64,000 nt of DNA, from IMG/VR virus record IMGVR_UViG_3300023174_005338, positions 124,001 to 188,000 of that record. One strand, 5' to 3'. Position 1 is the stretch's first letter, and the number at the start of each line of letters is the position of its first letter. The translations under genes were made by a program, and so were the position numbers. The notes beneath the pieces were generated by a model that ran no database searches, was not told the DNA's origin, and saw only the letters and a list, made by a program, of their open reading frames with translations. Of this stretch, positions 1-9,143 are shown in pieces.

Positions 1-75
1 CTGGATCAAGAAAGTTATCAAAGCGACCAACAGGCACAAAATGCACAACAAACACTCCAACAACCAGCTATTTGA
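1..75 (+). CDS. 3' end of an upstream gene (partial)
   Basis: Frame-1 open stretch LDQESYQSDQQAQNAQQTLQQPAI ending TGA 73-75. Confidence 0.35.
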   Translation: MDQESYQSDQQAQNAQQTLQQPAI

Positions 76-601
76 AAGCCTGAGCTTCAAGGACCTTGAT
101 GGCTTGCTCAAGCCCACCATCCACGTGGATGAATTTAGTAGTAAAATGGGCGATGACGATGACATCATAGTGATCAGTTTTTTTGTGCGTGATCAACAAG
201 CCGCCAAGGACCTCATGATGTGGTTTGAAAAAGGCTATGACTTTGTACTAGATGCCGATCGCAGTCCAGGAGAAATTCGACCCGGACGTTACTTGGTTTA
301 TGTGGAAATACGACGTAGAAGCACAGCTGGTGGCAATGTAGAACAGTTGCTCAACGATCTCAATACTTTGACTGAGTTTGAATCAGCCGATCAATGGCTC
401 ATGCATTACAAGGGCAAAGAAATCCCGTTTAGCCGCGACACATTTGACAGCACAGTGCCCTTGACTCCCAAGGCCTATCGCGACCGCTATGAAAAAGATC
501 TAAATGAAGTACGTGTGGCAGCCGGTATTCCTGTGATCACCAGCTACGACAAACGAGATCGCGCACTGCAAACCATACAAAGCGCTGCTGGAATTATCTA
601 A
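41..601 (+). CDS. Hypothetical phage protein (186 aa)
   Basis: Intact ORF; no recognisable catalytic motif. Confidence 0.7.
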   Translation: MHNKHSNNQLFESLSFKDLDGLLKPTIHVDEFSSKMGDDDDIIVISFFVRDQQAAKDLMMWFEKGYDFVLDADRSPGEIRPGRYLVYVEIRRRSTAGGNVEQLLNDLNTLTEFESADQWLMHYKGKEIPFSRDTFDSTVPLTPKAYRDRYEKDLNEVRVAAGIPVITSYDKRDRALQTIQSAAGII

Positions 602-634
602 AGCTCTATTCTAAAAGTAGGTATATATGTACCT

Positions 635-1315
635 ATGAAATTAAAAAGTTTTGGTTGCAGTTTTACCTACGGAAGCGATCTTGCTGACTGTACCGATCAA
701 CGTCACAGTTGTTTGACCTGGCCGGCCCTGATAGCACAAAAACTTGATCTAGCCTATGAATGTCATGCCTGGCCCGGCATAGGAAATTTACAAATCATGC
801 ACAGGGTACTGGAACAAATCTCAGACTCAGAACCCAATGTATTTGTTATAAATTGGACCTGGTTGGACAGGTTTGACTACATGCATCCGGTCAACGAATC
901 TTTTTTGACCCTACGGCCGGATGGAGATCTTGAGGAACATCAGTTGTATTACAAACACTTTTACAATCAGTATCATACTGTGTTGACCAATGCGGCCTGG
1001 ATTATGGCCGTGATTTTACTCTTAAAAGCAAGAAATGTTAAATTTCTAATGACCTGTATGGATCCGATACTGATGGAGATCATCAATCCCAATTGGCAAG
1101 ATCCTAGATCTGTCACACTGTTACAAAATCAGATTGGTCCGTATCTGAGCTGGTTTGATGATAAGTCATTTCTAGAGTGGAGTCGTAGCAAAGGATACCC
1201 AGAATCCGATGCCTGGCATCCATTGCAACAGGCACACGAAGCAGCAGCAGCTTATATGATCACAGTTTTTGATAAACAAAAAACAAGCGACCCAGCTCTG
1301 CAGGTTCGCGTTTGA
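635..1315 (+). CDS. SGNH/GDSL-hydrolase-like protein
   Basis: N-terminal FGCSFTYG (block I Ser) and C-terminal DAWHP (DxxH). Confidence 0.5.
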   Translation: MKLKSFGCSFTYGSDLADCTDQRHSCLTWPALIAQKLDLAYECHAWPGIGNLQIMHRVLEQISDSEPNVFVINWTWLDRFDYMHPVNESFLTLRPDGDLEEHQLYYKHFYNQYHTVLTNAAWIMAVILLLKARNVKFLMTCMDPILMEIINPNWQDPRSVTLLQNQIGPYLSWFDDKSFLEWSRSKGYPESDAWHPLQQAHEAAAAYMITVFDKQKTSDPALQVRV

Positions 1316-2000
1316 ATTCCAATAGTTTTAAATTGTAACGTTCAGCAAACTCATTTACTATTTCAAAGGTCCAAGGAAATATATCTACATAAGGACCAGC
1401 CTTGTGCGGAATACCTGGATTGGCACGCAGATAGAATCGACCACCTGGTGCCAACAAGTTTATGCAATGGGCAAATCTTTCTTCGATTTCATCCTGGCTG
1501 TTGAAATTGATTGATCCCAGGGCAATGATATGATCATGTGTACCTGCACGCACTCGGTAATCCAGGATGTCAACTTCGTAGTCTGCGCAATCGTTGTAAG
1601 GGTCAATTCCGATCAAGTTTGGAATACGACCTTTAAACGGATGATATCCGCAACCCACGTCTAATACATTTTGGGGATTTTGTTTGGCAATGGTTTCGGC
1701 CAAGGCCCAGCCCGAGTGATCATATTCACCAGTCCTGGGCTTCCATATTTCGGCAAAAAATCTATGGGTGTAACGCTCACTGAGATCATCTACGATATGT
1801 TTTAGGGTGCCACGGTATTCACAAGGCAAGCCCAGTTCAGCTTCCACAGCATCTTTGAACTTGCGATAGCGTGCCGGAGTCCAAGGCAGGTCCTCTACTA
1901 TGGTGTCAGTGCCAACATTGGCACGTACACTTTCGTATTTGGGCAAGGCAAAAGCTGTGTCCAAATTTTTCTTGATTAAGGCAAAAATTTTGGTATTCAT
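1260..2000 (-). CDS. Class I SAM-dependent methyltransferase with N-terminal helical (ACP-like?) domain
   Basis: VLDVGCG motif I; minus-strand TAAATA at 2077-2082 upstream. Confidence 0.75.
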   Translation of the reverse strand: MNTKIFALIKKNLDTAFALPKYESVRANVGTDTIVEDLPWTPARYRKFKDAVEAELGLPCEYRGTLKHIVDDLSERYTHRFFAEIWKPRTGEYDHSGWALAETIAKQNPQNVLDVGCGYHPFKGRIPNLIGIDPYNDCADYEVDILDYRVRAGTHDHIIALGSINFNSQDEIEERFAHCINLLAPGGRFYLRANPGIPHKAGPYVDIFPWTFEIVNEFAERYNLKLLEFKREPAELGRLFFVYQKL

Positions 2001-2048
2001 GTAGATTTTTTCTAGAGTTGGTAAATAATTTTTACAGAAAGTAAAAAA

Positions 2049-2082
2049 TTTACAATCTGTTGAATTTTTCTATAAGTATTTA
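2049..2082. promoter_or_regulatory. Overlapping divergent promoters
   Basis: + strand TTTACA(2049)-16 nt-TATAAG, with TATAAGTA 2071-2078; minus-strand TAAATA 2077-2082. Confidence 0.5.
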
Positions 2083-2121
2083 CACACTTTCAGTGTAGGG
2101 CGATTTTTTTAAAGGATCAAA

Positions 2122-3093
2122 ATGAAACGTATTATAGCCGTATTACTATTGGCTCCAGCTTTGGCCTGGGCACAATGGGCTCCCAACAAGCCTATAAACA
2201 CCACCATTGGATTTGCTCCCGGAAGTGGTAATGAAATCAGTTTCCGCAAGGCCAGCGAAATAGTTGCACGACAAAATCCCGGTGTCACCTTTACTGTTGA
2301 AACACGACCAGGTGCAGATGCCGCAGTGGCCAGCAATGCTTTTATGACAGCGTCCAGCGATGGCCTACATGTCATGGTACCTAGTCACATGAGCCTGTTT
2401 GTTACCAATGACATTTGGCAACGAGACATCAAACGTTTTGAATACAACAGTTTCAAACCAGTGGTGACCTTGGGCAAAAGTTCCTTGGTGTTAGTTGCTG
2501 CCAGCAAGAGTTCAGTAAACACCCCACAAGAGTTTGTGAAATACATCACCAATGGAAAGACTGTGAACATTGCTGTGGGCGGCGGCGCACACAGAATGGC
2601 CTATGAATATATAATGTCCAAGACCAAGGCTGATCCTAAACTGATACAGCACGTGGCTTTCACGGGTCCATTACCAGCTGTGACCAGTGTGGCTAGCTAC
2701 GATGGCAAGACTGGAACTGAATTTGGCATCATGCCCATAGCAGTAGCCCGACCCTTGATTGAAGCAGGTAAAGTCAAGCCCGTCGGTCTCACCGGTGGTC
2801 CTCGACTAAAAGTCTTGCCAAACGTGCCCTTGCTCAGTGACACCATTCCAGGACTCAAGGTCTATGCAGGCTGGATAGTTGTGTTGCCGCCACAGACTCC
2901 TAACACTATTGTGGACTGGTATGTGGACAAGTTCTCTAAAGCAATACTAAGCAAAGAATATCAAGACTGGGCCGAGCAGAACTATATAATTATTGACAAG
3001 GATGAACTCAACCCACGTGGTGTCATGGCCTATGCAGAAGAACTACGCACAGCCTTTGCTCCTATAGCACGAAACATCCGAGTAGAGAAATAA
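2122..3093 (+). CDS. Bug/TctC-family tripartite tricarboxylate transporter substrate-binding protein
   Basis: Signal peptide, W-PNKPI---IGFAPGSG motif, VETRPGADAAVA, C-terminal VPLLSDTIPG...W..VVLPPQTP. Confidence 0.85.
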   Translation: MKRIIAVLLLAPALAWAQWAPNKPINTTIGFAPGSGNEISFRKASEIVARQNPGVTFTVETRPGADAAVASNAFMTASSDGLHVMVPSHMSLFVTNDIWQRDIKRFEYNSFKPVVTLGKSSLVLVAASKSSVNTPQEFVKYITNGKTVNIAVGGGAHRMAYEYIMSKTKADPKLIQHVAFTGPLPAVTSVASYDGKTGTEFGIMPIAVARPLIEAGKVKPVGLTGGPRLKVLPNVPLLSDTIPGLKVYAGWIVVLPPQTPNTIVDWYVDKFSKAILSKEYQDWAEQNYIIIDKDELNPRGVMAYAEELRTAFAPIARNIRVEK

Positions 3094-3708
3094 TTGAAAT
3101 ATATTTTTGTAGCCGGAGCACCGGGTTCCAAATGGAGCTCGGTGGTCAAAAACATTTATTATAGTTCTGACATTGACAGATCTGATGATACTGCCCAAAG
3201 AAGTTATGCTCATTCAGCGGCCTATGCTGGCCAACCCATGCACTTAGGTAGTTATTTTGATCCTGGCATGGAATTTGGCTCGTGGTTTGATCGGCTAGAT
3301 CAACACAGTCGTGAAGAATGTGAACGTGAATTTGACCGACCTTTTGGTGGCACAGGTATTAGAATAATAAAAAGTCATGTGTTCATGCATCACATAGCGT
3401 TTTTAAAACATACCTGGCCAGATTCGCCAATTATTTTAGTTCATCGTGGTGATGATGCTTGTCTGGGTTGGTGGGTTCGTTGTGGAGGATTCGACATTGA
3501 TTATCCCAATTACAGACCCTATTACAAAGACATTGAACACATGTATCAACAAATAATCCGACAAAATCAGGACATGCGTCCTTTTTGGGATTTGTCCAGT
3601 TTTGTTTACACCAACACGGAATTATGTGATCGTTTGGGGATAAGGCAGCCGCCGGAACAATATCAACAAAACTACGCAGAGCACAAGGTCAGAGTCAAAG
3701 TTTACTAA
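3094..3708 (+). CDS. Sulfotransferase-like / P-loop-fold protein
   Basis: IFVAGAPGSKWS (like G-x-PRSG[TS] 5'-PSB loop), IIKSH, IILVHR; TTG start. Confidence 0.5.
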   Translation: MKYIFVAGAPGSKWSSVVKNIYYSSDIDRSDDTAQRSYAHSAAYAGQPMHLGSYFDPGMEFGSWFDRLDQHSREECEREFDRPFGGTGIRIIKSHVFMHHIAFLKHTWPDSPIILVHRGDDACLGWWVRCGGFDIDYPNYRPYYKDIEHMYQQIIRQNQDMRPFWDLSSFVYTNTELCDRLGIRQPPEQYQQNYAEHKVRVKVY

Positions 3709-3712
3709 CAAC

Positions 3713-3745
3713 TAAATATGGGTATATCATCAAGGAATACCCATG
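3713..3745 (+). promoter_or_regulatory. Late promoter plus start-codon-sequestering hairpin
   Basis: TAAATA 3713-3718; ATGGGTAT 3718-3725 pairs with ATACCCAT 3737-3744, enclosing SD AAGGA and covering the ATG. Confidence 0.7.
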
Positions 3746-4369
3746 GAAATCACCAGAGAACAACTAGCTCAAATCATACCCAAAAACCCCTACATTGATC
3801 AGTGGTGTACGGCCTTAAACAAGTTATTACCTGACTACGGCATAGACACGCCACAGCGTGTGGCTGCCTTTCTAGCACAATGCGCCCATGAGAGCGGTGG
3901 ATTTGTGTTCTTGAAAGAAAATCTCAACTATCGTGCCGCAAGTTTACGCAAGATATTCCCCAAGTATTTTCCCAACGACGCCTTGGCTGAACAATATGCC
4001 GCTTTACCCAACAAAGCCGAAGCCATAGCCAACAGGATCTATGCCAACAGGATGGGCAATGGCCCAGAAGAGAGTGGCGACGGATTCCGTTACTGCGGTC
4101 GCGGGCTTATCCAGTTAACTGGCAAAAGCAATTACTCAAACTTTGCTGACAGCATAGAAACACCAGTGGAAGAAACCAGTGCTTACTTGGAAACCTTTGA
4201 AGGTGCAGTACAAAGTGCCTGCTGGTTCTGGGAAACCAACAATCTAAATCAATACGCCGACAACAATGACATCCTGACCATGACCAAAAGAATAAATGGT
4301 GGCACCATCGGACTCGAGGACAGGATGAAACACTATGCTCATGCCCTGCATGTATTTGGCGGTCATTGA
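3743..4369 (+). CDS. Glycoside hydrolase family 19 endolysin
   Basis: AFLAQCAHESGG, YANRMGNGPEESGDG, GRGLIQLTGKSNY, TKRINGG. Confidence 0.9.
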   Translation: MEITREQLAQIIPKNPYIDQWCTALNKLLPDYGIDTPQRVAAFLAQCAHESGGFVFLKENLNYRAASLRKIFPKYFPNDALAEQYAALPNKAEAIANRIYANRMGNGPEESGDGFRYCGRGLIQLTGKSNYSNFADSIETPVEETSAYLETFEGAVQSACWFWETNNLNQYADNNDILTMTKRINGGTIGLEDRMKHYAHALHVFGGH

Positions 4370-4980
4370 TGTGGCAGATACAATGGCTCCTGCAACTGAT
4401 ACCTGATGGTATATTTGTGTGGTTGACTTATCTTTTGTTTGGGGCAGGTGTGTTGTTGTACGTGGCCAGCAAGCTGGTGTCGTGGATACCACTCATGGGT
4501 CAGTACCGTTTGCCCGCAGAGTTAGTGGGCATCGTAGCCTTGGTCATAGCCGCTTATTTTTATGGTGGCATCAGCTACAGAGAACAGATAGCTGAAATGA
4601 AGCAACGAATCCGGGTCGCAGAAGAGAAGTCACAGCAGGTCAACACTGTGATTGAAACCAAGATAATTGAGAAAGTAAAGGTGGTCAAAGAAAATGTATA
4701 TATCACAAGAGAAATCGTCCGTGACACAGCGGGCCGGCAGTTGGATGCTCAGTGCAGTTTGCCTCGTAGCACTGTCAGCCTGCACGACAGTGCCAGTGGC
4801 AATGAAATTCCCAACCGTGCCGCCGCAGTTGATGGAACCCCCAGTGGCATTGAAGCCAGTCGTCTCCTCGACCGAGTCATCGAAAACTACGGAGCCTGCC
4901 ACGAAAACGCAGAAAAACTAAAGGCCTGGCAGGAATGGTATCGTGAACAGAAAAAAATATTCGAAAGCATCAGCAAATAA
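4369..4980 (+). CDS. Rz-like i-spanin
   Basis: Follows endolysin (TGATG overlap); N-terminal hydrophobic segments then coiled coil; carries an embedded lipoprotein ORF. Confidence 0.75.
   Translation: MWQIQWLLQLIPDGIFVWLTYLLFGAGVLLYVASKLVSWIPLMGQYRLPAELVGIVALVIAAYFYGGISYREQIAEMKQRIRVAEEKSQQVNTVIETKIIEKVKVVKENVYITREIVRDTAGRQLDAQCSLPRSTVSLHDSASGNEIPNRAAAVDGTPSGIEASRLLDRVIENYGACHENAEKLKAWQEWYREQKKIFESISK
4745..4921 (+). CDS. Rz1-like o-spanin lipoprotein, embedded in +1 frame
   Basis: MLSAVCLVALSA|C lipobox, Pro-rich mature peptide, wholly inside the Rz-like gene. Confidence 0.75.
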   Translation: MLSAVCLVALSACTTVPVAMKFPTVPPQLMEPPVALKPVVSSTESSKTTEPATKTQKN

Positions 4981-5001
4981 TAACCATTGAAAGGAAGCAA
5001 A

Positions 5002-6282
5002 ATGTCGTTGAACAAAAAAGCACGAGCAACACACATCAGAAAAGAATGGGAAAGCAATCCACGCTGGGACCATATCAAGCGCAACTATACCGCAGAACAG
5101 GTGGTAGACTTGCAAGGAAGTAATCCTGTGGAATACAGCTTGGCCGAACGTGGTGCCAACAAGTTATGGATGAGCTTGTTGGAAGAAGATTATGTCAACA
5201 CCCTAGGCGCACTAACAGGCATGCAGGCCTTGCAACAGGTCAAGGCTGGGCTCAAAGGAATTTACCTAAGTGGCTGGCAAGTGGCCGCTGATGCCAACAC
5301 CAGCGGACAGATGTATCCGGACCAAAGTCTGTATGCAGTAAACTCGGTACCTGAAATGGTGCGCAAGATCAACAACACATTTGCACGAGCAGATCAGATA
5401 CAGTGGATGGAAGGTTCAGGAGATGTGGACTTTTTCCAACCCATAGTGGCCGATGCCGAATCAGGCTTTGGTGGTGTGCTCAATGCCTACGAACTCATGA
5501 AGGCCATGATCGAAGCCGGCGCCGCAGGTGTGCATTTTGAAGATCAGTTGGCGTCGGCCAAGAAGTGCGGTCACATGGGCGGCAAGGTCTTGATTCCCAC
5601 CCGCGAAGCTGTCAACAAACTCAATGCTGCACGCCTGGCTGCCGATGTGCTGGGTGTGCCCACAGTATTATTGGCACGCACAGATGCCGAAGCAGCCGCA
5701 TTGGTCACCAGTGACGTGGACGAAAACGACCGACCTTTCCTGACCGGTGAGCGCACAGTGGAGGGTTTCTATGAAACACGCAACGGCTTTGAGCAGGCAG
5801 TGAGTCGTGGCCTGGCCTATGCACCTTACGCAGATTTGATCTGGTGTGAGACAGGCACGCCAGATCTGGATTTTGCCAAGAAATTTGCCGATGCAATTCA
5901 TGACAAATTCCCTAACAAGATGTTGGCCTACAACTGCTCGCCATCTTTTAACTGGAAGAAAAATTTAGATGATACAACAATCAGCGTTTTCCAACGTGAA
6001 CTTGGAGCTATGGGTTACAAGTTTCAATTCATTACACTCGCTGGCTTTCATGCTCTTAATCACGGCATGTTTGATCTGGCTCATGGCTATGCTAGGAATG
6101 GCATGTCGGCATTTGTGGACCTACAGCAGAAAGAATTTGCCGATGGTGCGCGAGGCTTTGAAGCAGTCAAACACCAAAGAGAAGTAGGAACCAGCTATTT
6201 TGACCGTGTGACCACAACCATAGAAGCCACAGCGTCAACACAGGCACTCAAGGGCAGCACTGAAGAGGAACAGTTTCACTGA
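5002..6282 (+). CDS. aceA: Isocitrate lyase
   Basis: KKCGHM catalytic signature, [27 protein letters not shown]; SD AAGGAAG before ATG 5002. Confidence 0.95.
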   Translation: MSLNKKARATHIRKEWESNPRWDHIKRNYTAEQVVDLQGSNPVEYSLAERGANKLWMSLLEEDYVNTLGALTGMQALQQVKAGLKGIYLSGWQVAADANTSGQMYPDQSLYAVNSVPEMVRKINNTFARADQIQWMEGSGDVDFFQPIVADAESGFGGVLNAYELMKAMIEAGAAGVHFEDQLASAKKCGHMGGKVLIPTREAVNKLNAARLAADVLGVPTVLLARTDAEAAALVTSDVDENDRPFLTGERTVEGFYETRNGFEQAVSRGLAYAPYADLIWCETGTPDLDFAKKFADAIHDKFPNKMLAYNCSPSFNWKKNLDDTTISVFQRELGAMGYKFQFITLAGFHALNHGMFDLAHGYARNGMSAFVDLQQKEFADGARGFEAVKHQREVGTSYFDRVTTTIEATASTQALKGSTEEEQFH

Positions 6283-6392
6283 TGCTTGATTTTATGTTCT
6301 ATGCGTTGGAAGTGTTGGGCTGGACTGTGGTGATGATAGCAGTGTCAGTGGCCGCGGCCGTGATATTCTGGCCTGACAAGGAACGACCATGA
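6282..6392 (+). CDS. Small single-pass membrane protein (36 aa; not in ORF track)
   Basis: [36 protein letters not shown]; TGATG and ATGA overlaps at both ends. Confidence 0.65.
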   Translation: MLDFMFYALEVLGWTVVMIAVSVAAAVIFWPDKERP

Positions 6393-6793
6393 AACGCATT
6401 GTTCTAGCCCTGACCTGTGTGTTGCTGAACAGTTGTGCCTTGTTGGATGCCTACTTGATGGCACCCTATGACGCCAACGAGTACCTGCAGATCACTGAGA
6501 TCCGAGTCATGGCCGGTCAGTATCGTCAGCAGTGTGACAATTTCCAGGCCAGTGCTGTCAACGCCCAAGACATCACACGCAGGACCATGATGTTCGAACG
6601 CTATTCAGAATATATTCCCCGAAACGAAAATGGATTCAAAGCGGCTCGAACACTCAATGAAATAGCACAAGGCTTGGGCACTGCCTACAGCAAGGGCATA
6701 GTCAGTGCCACATTCTGCAGATTGAAATACAACAACATAGAGCATGCAGCCGAACTCATACAGCGTGTCACAGCAGGCAGACCGCGTAAATAA
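6389..6793 (+). CDS. Lipoprotein, unknown function
   Basis: MKR + hydrophobic stretch + LNS|C lipobox. Confidence 0.7.
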   Translation: MKRIVLALTCVLLNSCALLDAYLMAPYDANEYLQITEIRVMAGQYRQQCDNFQASAVNAQDITRRTMMFERYSEYIPRNENGFKAARTLNEIAQGLGTAYSKGIVSATFCRLKYNNIEHAAELIQRVTAGRPRK

Positions 6794-6797
6794 TGTT

Positions 6798-7547
6798 ATG
6801 AGAGCCGAAGAATTCACCTCTACCAGAGTCATGGCCAAGATAGAAAAGACTGGCCAAATAGTGCAGATATTGAAGCATCAGGACGGTGACTTCTTGATCA
6901 ATACCAATCCAGACACAAAAAGCCACATGGGAGTCAAATGGATTCCGGACACCACTAGATTTGCCTGGGTTAGAAAGTTTGACACATTGAAAGAAGTCAA
7001 CTATCCCGATGAACTCTCAGTCAGCGATCAGATACAACAATATTTCTTCCAGCGTGGCTATGAACTGGCCGGTGAAGGACGTGATCAAATGGCGTTCGAA
7101 AGTCCAAGAGGCACCATCGTGAAAGTCTTGGGCATTGGCGAAGACGAACGTGAACAGATAGTAAAAAACTATGTGCAGTTCTTTGAACAAAATCAGCAGA
7201 ATCCTTTCTACCCCAGAATCTACAACTCGGGCAACTTCACAGTGGCGGGTGAAACTTACTTTGTATATGAAATGGAACGTGTGAACTATGTGGCCAACGA
7301 AGAAGCAACCTTGGATTATATAGAAGGTCTCATGCGTGCTGTGGACCGTGAACAAGGCGAAGCATTCTTAGAAAAAAATCCTGTGCCCGCAGAAATGAGC
7401 GAAGCAGAAATATTTGGACTGATCCAGGCCACCGAAGACATGATACAGGTGCTGGGTGGCCAGGCACCACTAGATTTGACAGCAGTGGAAAATCTTGGCC
7501 GCAGAAACAACGGCCACTTGGTCATAGTGGATCCCTACAGCCTATGA
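6798..7547 (+). CDS. Protein-kinase-like fold protein with CTS-like N-terminus
   Basis: MRAEEF start, TAAATA 6787-6792; GEGRDQMAF, IVKVL, YPRIY, YEMERV, DLTAVEN, IVDP. Confidence 0.6.
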   Translation: MRAEEFTSTRVMAKIEKTGQIVQILKHQDGDFLINTNPDTKSHMGVKWIPDTTRFAWVRKFDTLKEVNYPDELSVSDQIQQYFFQRGYELAGEGRDQMAFESPRGTIVKVLGIGEDEREQIVKNYVQFFEQNQQNPFYPRIYNSGNFTVAGETYFVYEMERVNYVANEEATLDYIEGLMRAVDREQGEAFLEKNPVPAEMSEAEIFGLIQATEDMIQVLGGQAPLDLTAVENLGRRNNGHLVIVDPYSL

Positions 7548-8377
7548 GAGCCCAAGAGTTCGTCCAAGATTTTGAAGGCATGACTATGTCTCTCGACGTT
7601 GAAAAAGACGATGCGTATGTGGATGACGACGACGCAGACAATCAAGTCATTGTTGTCCGAGCCACCAGCTATGGCCGAGAGCTAGGGCAGGTATTGTTCA
7701 CCATGAGTTATGATGGCCAGGGACTGATTCTCAATCCGCAGGACCTAGAAGTCAATGAGCGATATCGCGGTCAAGGCATTGCCCGAGCCATGTATGATTT
7801 TACCAAAAGCCGTGGATACAGAATCCGACGCAGTGGACAACAAACCGACGCTGGCGCAGCATTTTGGCAGAAACATAGACCCAATAGCAATGTTTGGGAA
7901 ACACAGCTCTTGGAACGTCAAGACGCCAGAACCGAGATAGAAAACATGGCAACCATCTTGCCCGGCTCGCCCGACGAATACTTTGTGAGATTCACCGACC
8001 AGGACAAGTTGGGATTCAGTGCCCGCCAGCATTTTGGTCGCACACCTGACATCGACGATCCTGGCTATGATCCCTTGGCCCTGCCCAGACCGTCAGGACG
8101 TCCAGCACTGTGGTTCTACCCTTTACGAACTTACCTACGCGGTGGCGATTTGTTTGCCAGCCAACATCCATACACCTGGTTGGTCAGACTGCGGCCAGAT
8201 GCTTGGTTACAACAAGTGGGCCAGGAAGAAAAAACCGATGCGCCCCAGGGCAAAACCCGTGTGGGCATGATCAGACAAGATCAAGGTGTGCCCATGGCCA
8301 TATTTTTCCGGCCAGGATTTGATGTTGTAGATCGCTGGTATGATTATGGCAAAATGCACCCAAGGAGAAAGCAATGA
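7544..8377 (+). CDS. GNAT acetyltransferase plus second unknown module, CTS-like N-terminus
   Basis: MRAQEF; LEVNERYRGQGIARAMY (R/QxxGxG/A), QTDAGAAFW. Confidence 0.7.
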   Translation: MRAQEFVQDFEGMTMSLDVEKDDAYVDDDDADNQVIVVRATSYGRELGQVLFTMSYDGQGLILNPQDLEVNERYRGQGIARAMYDFTKSRGYRIRRSGQQTDAGAAFWQKHRPNSNVWETQLLERQDARTEIENMATILPGSPDEYFVRFTDQDKLGFSARQHFGRTPDIDDPGYDPLALPRPSGRPALWFYPLRTYLRGGDLFASQHPYTWLVRLRPDAWLQQVGQEEKTDAPQGKTRVGMIRQDQGVPMAIFFRPGFDVVDRWYDYGKMHPRRKQ

Positions 8378-8634
8378 GTTGGCAACAATGGGAAACAGAA
8401 GTTCTACATATATTAAACAATCCTGATGATGAAAATACCAGAATGGTGGCGGTAGCCACCAATGCCTATGGTGAAGAACTGCGTGCAGGCAATATTCGAT
8501 CCAGCGAGTATGCAGAGTTATTGTTGGATCTACAACGCCAAATCACCATCACAGAAAACATGAGCCAGTTCGAAACCAAACAAAGGTTAAATACAGCCAT
8601 AACTGCTTTGATCACCATAGCCTCAGCAGTGTAA
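8374..8634 (+). CDS. Hypothetical protein (86 aa)
   Basis: ATGA-coupled ORF. Confidence 0.6.
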   Translation: MSWQQWETEVLHILNNPDDENTRMVAVATNAYGEELRAGNIRSSEYAELLLDLQRQITITENMSQFETKQRLNTAITALITIASAV

Positions 8635-8673
8635 TAGTAGCATATTATAATAATAAAAATAAAAGGAGCAGAC

Positions 8674-9132
8674 ATGCCTGCTGAAGAAGTCAAAAGCGAA
8701 AGTGCAAAGAAAAACGAAGATTGGATGAATTCAAAATGGCGTCCAGCCATGGGTTGGATGTACATGTTGGTGTGCATCGCGGACTTTGTACTATTTCCAG
8801 TTTTATGGAGCCTGGTCCAGGTTATAGCTGGCGGCGAAGTCAAAAGCCAATGGAGTCCAATCACACTACAAGGCGCAGGCCTGTTCCACATGGCCATGGG
8901 TGCCATACTAGGTATCGCGGCTTATGGTCGCACACAAGAAAAAATGGCTGGTGCCAACAACGGTGGAATAGCACCACCCACACCCACTCCAAGTTTCGGC
9001 GCACCTGCCGCACCCACACCAGCCTTTGGTGCAACACCCACACCGACTCCAAGTTTCGGCGCACCTGCGGCAAAAACAACACCAGCACCAGCGTTTGGAG
9101 CACCGGTACAACCGCCACACCCTGAAATTTAA
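8674..9132 (+). CDS. Holin-like membrane protein (3TM gene-transfer holin type) with Pro/FG-repeat tail
   Basis: KWRPAMGWMY motif, two to three hydrophobic segments, SD AAGGAG. Confidence 0.55.
   Translation: MPAEEVKSESAKKNEDWMNSKWRPAMGWMYMLVCIADFVLFPVLWSLVQVIAGGEVKSQWSPITLQGAGLFHMAMGAILGIAAYGRTQEKMAGANNGGIAPPTPTPSFGAPAAPTPAFGATPTPTPSFGAPAAKTTPAPAFGAPVQPPHPEI
8975..9105 (+). repeat. Coding tandem repeat (about 30-nt unit, 60-nt higher-order period)
   Basis: CACCCACACC(C/G)ACTCCAAGTTTCGGCGCACCTGC at about 8975 and 9035; four P[SA]FGA[PT] units. Confidence 0.85.
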
Positions 9133-9143
9133 GGAGACTCAAC

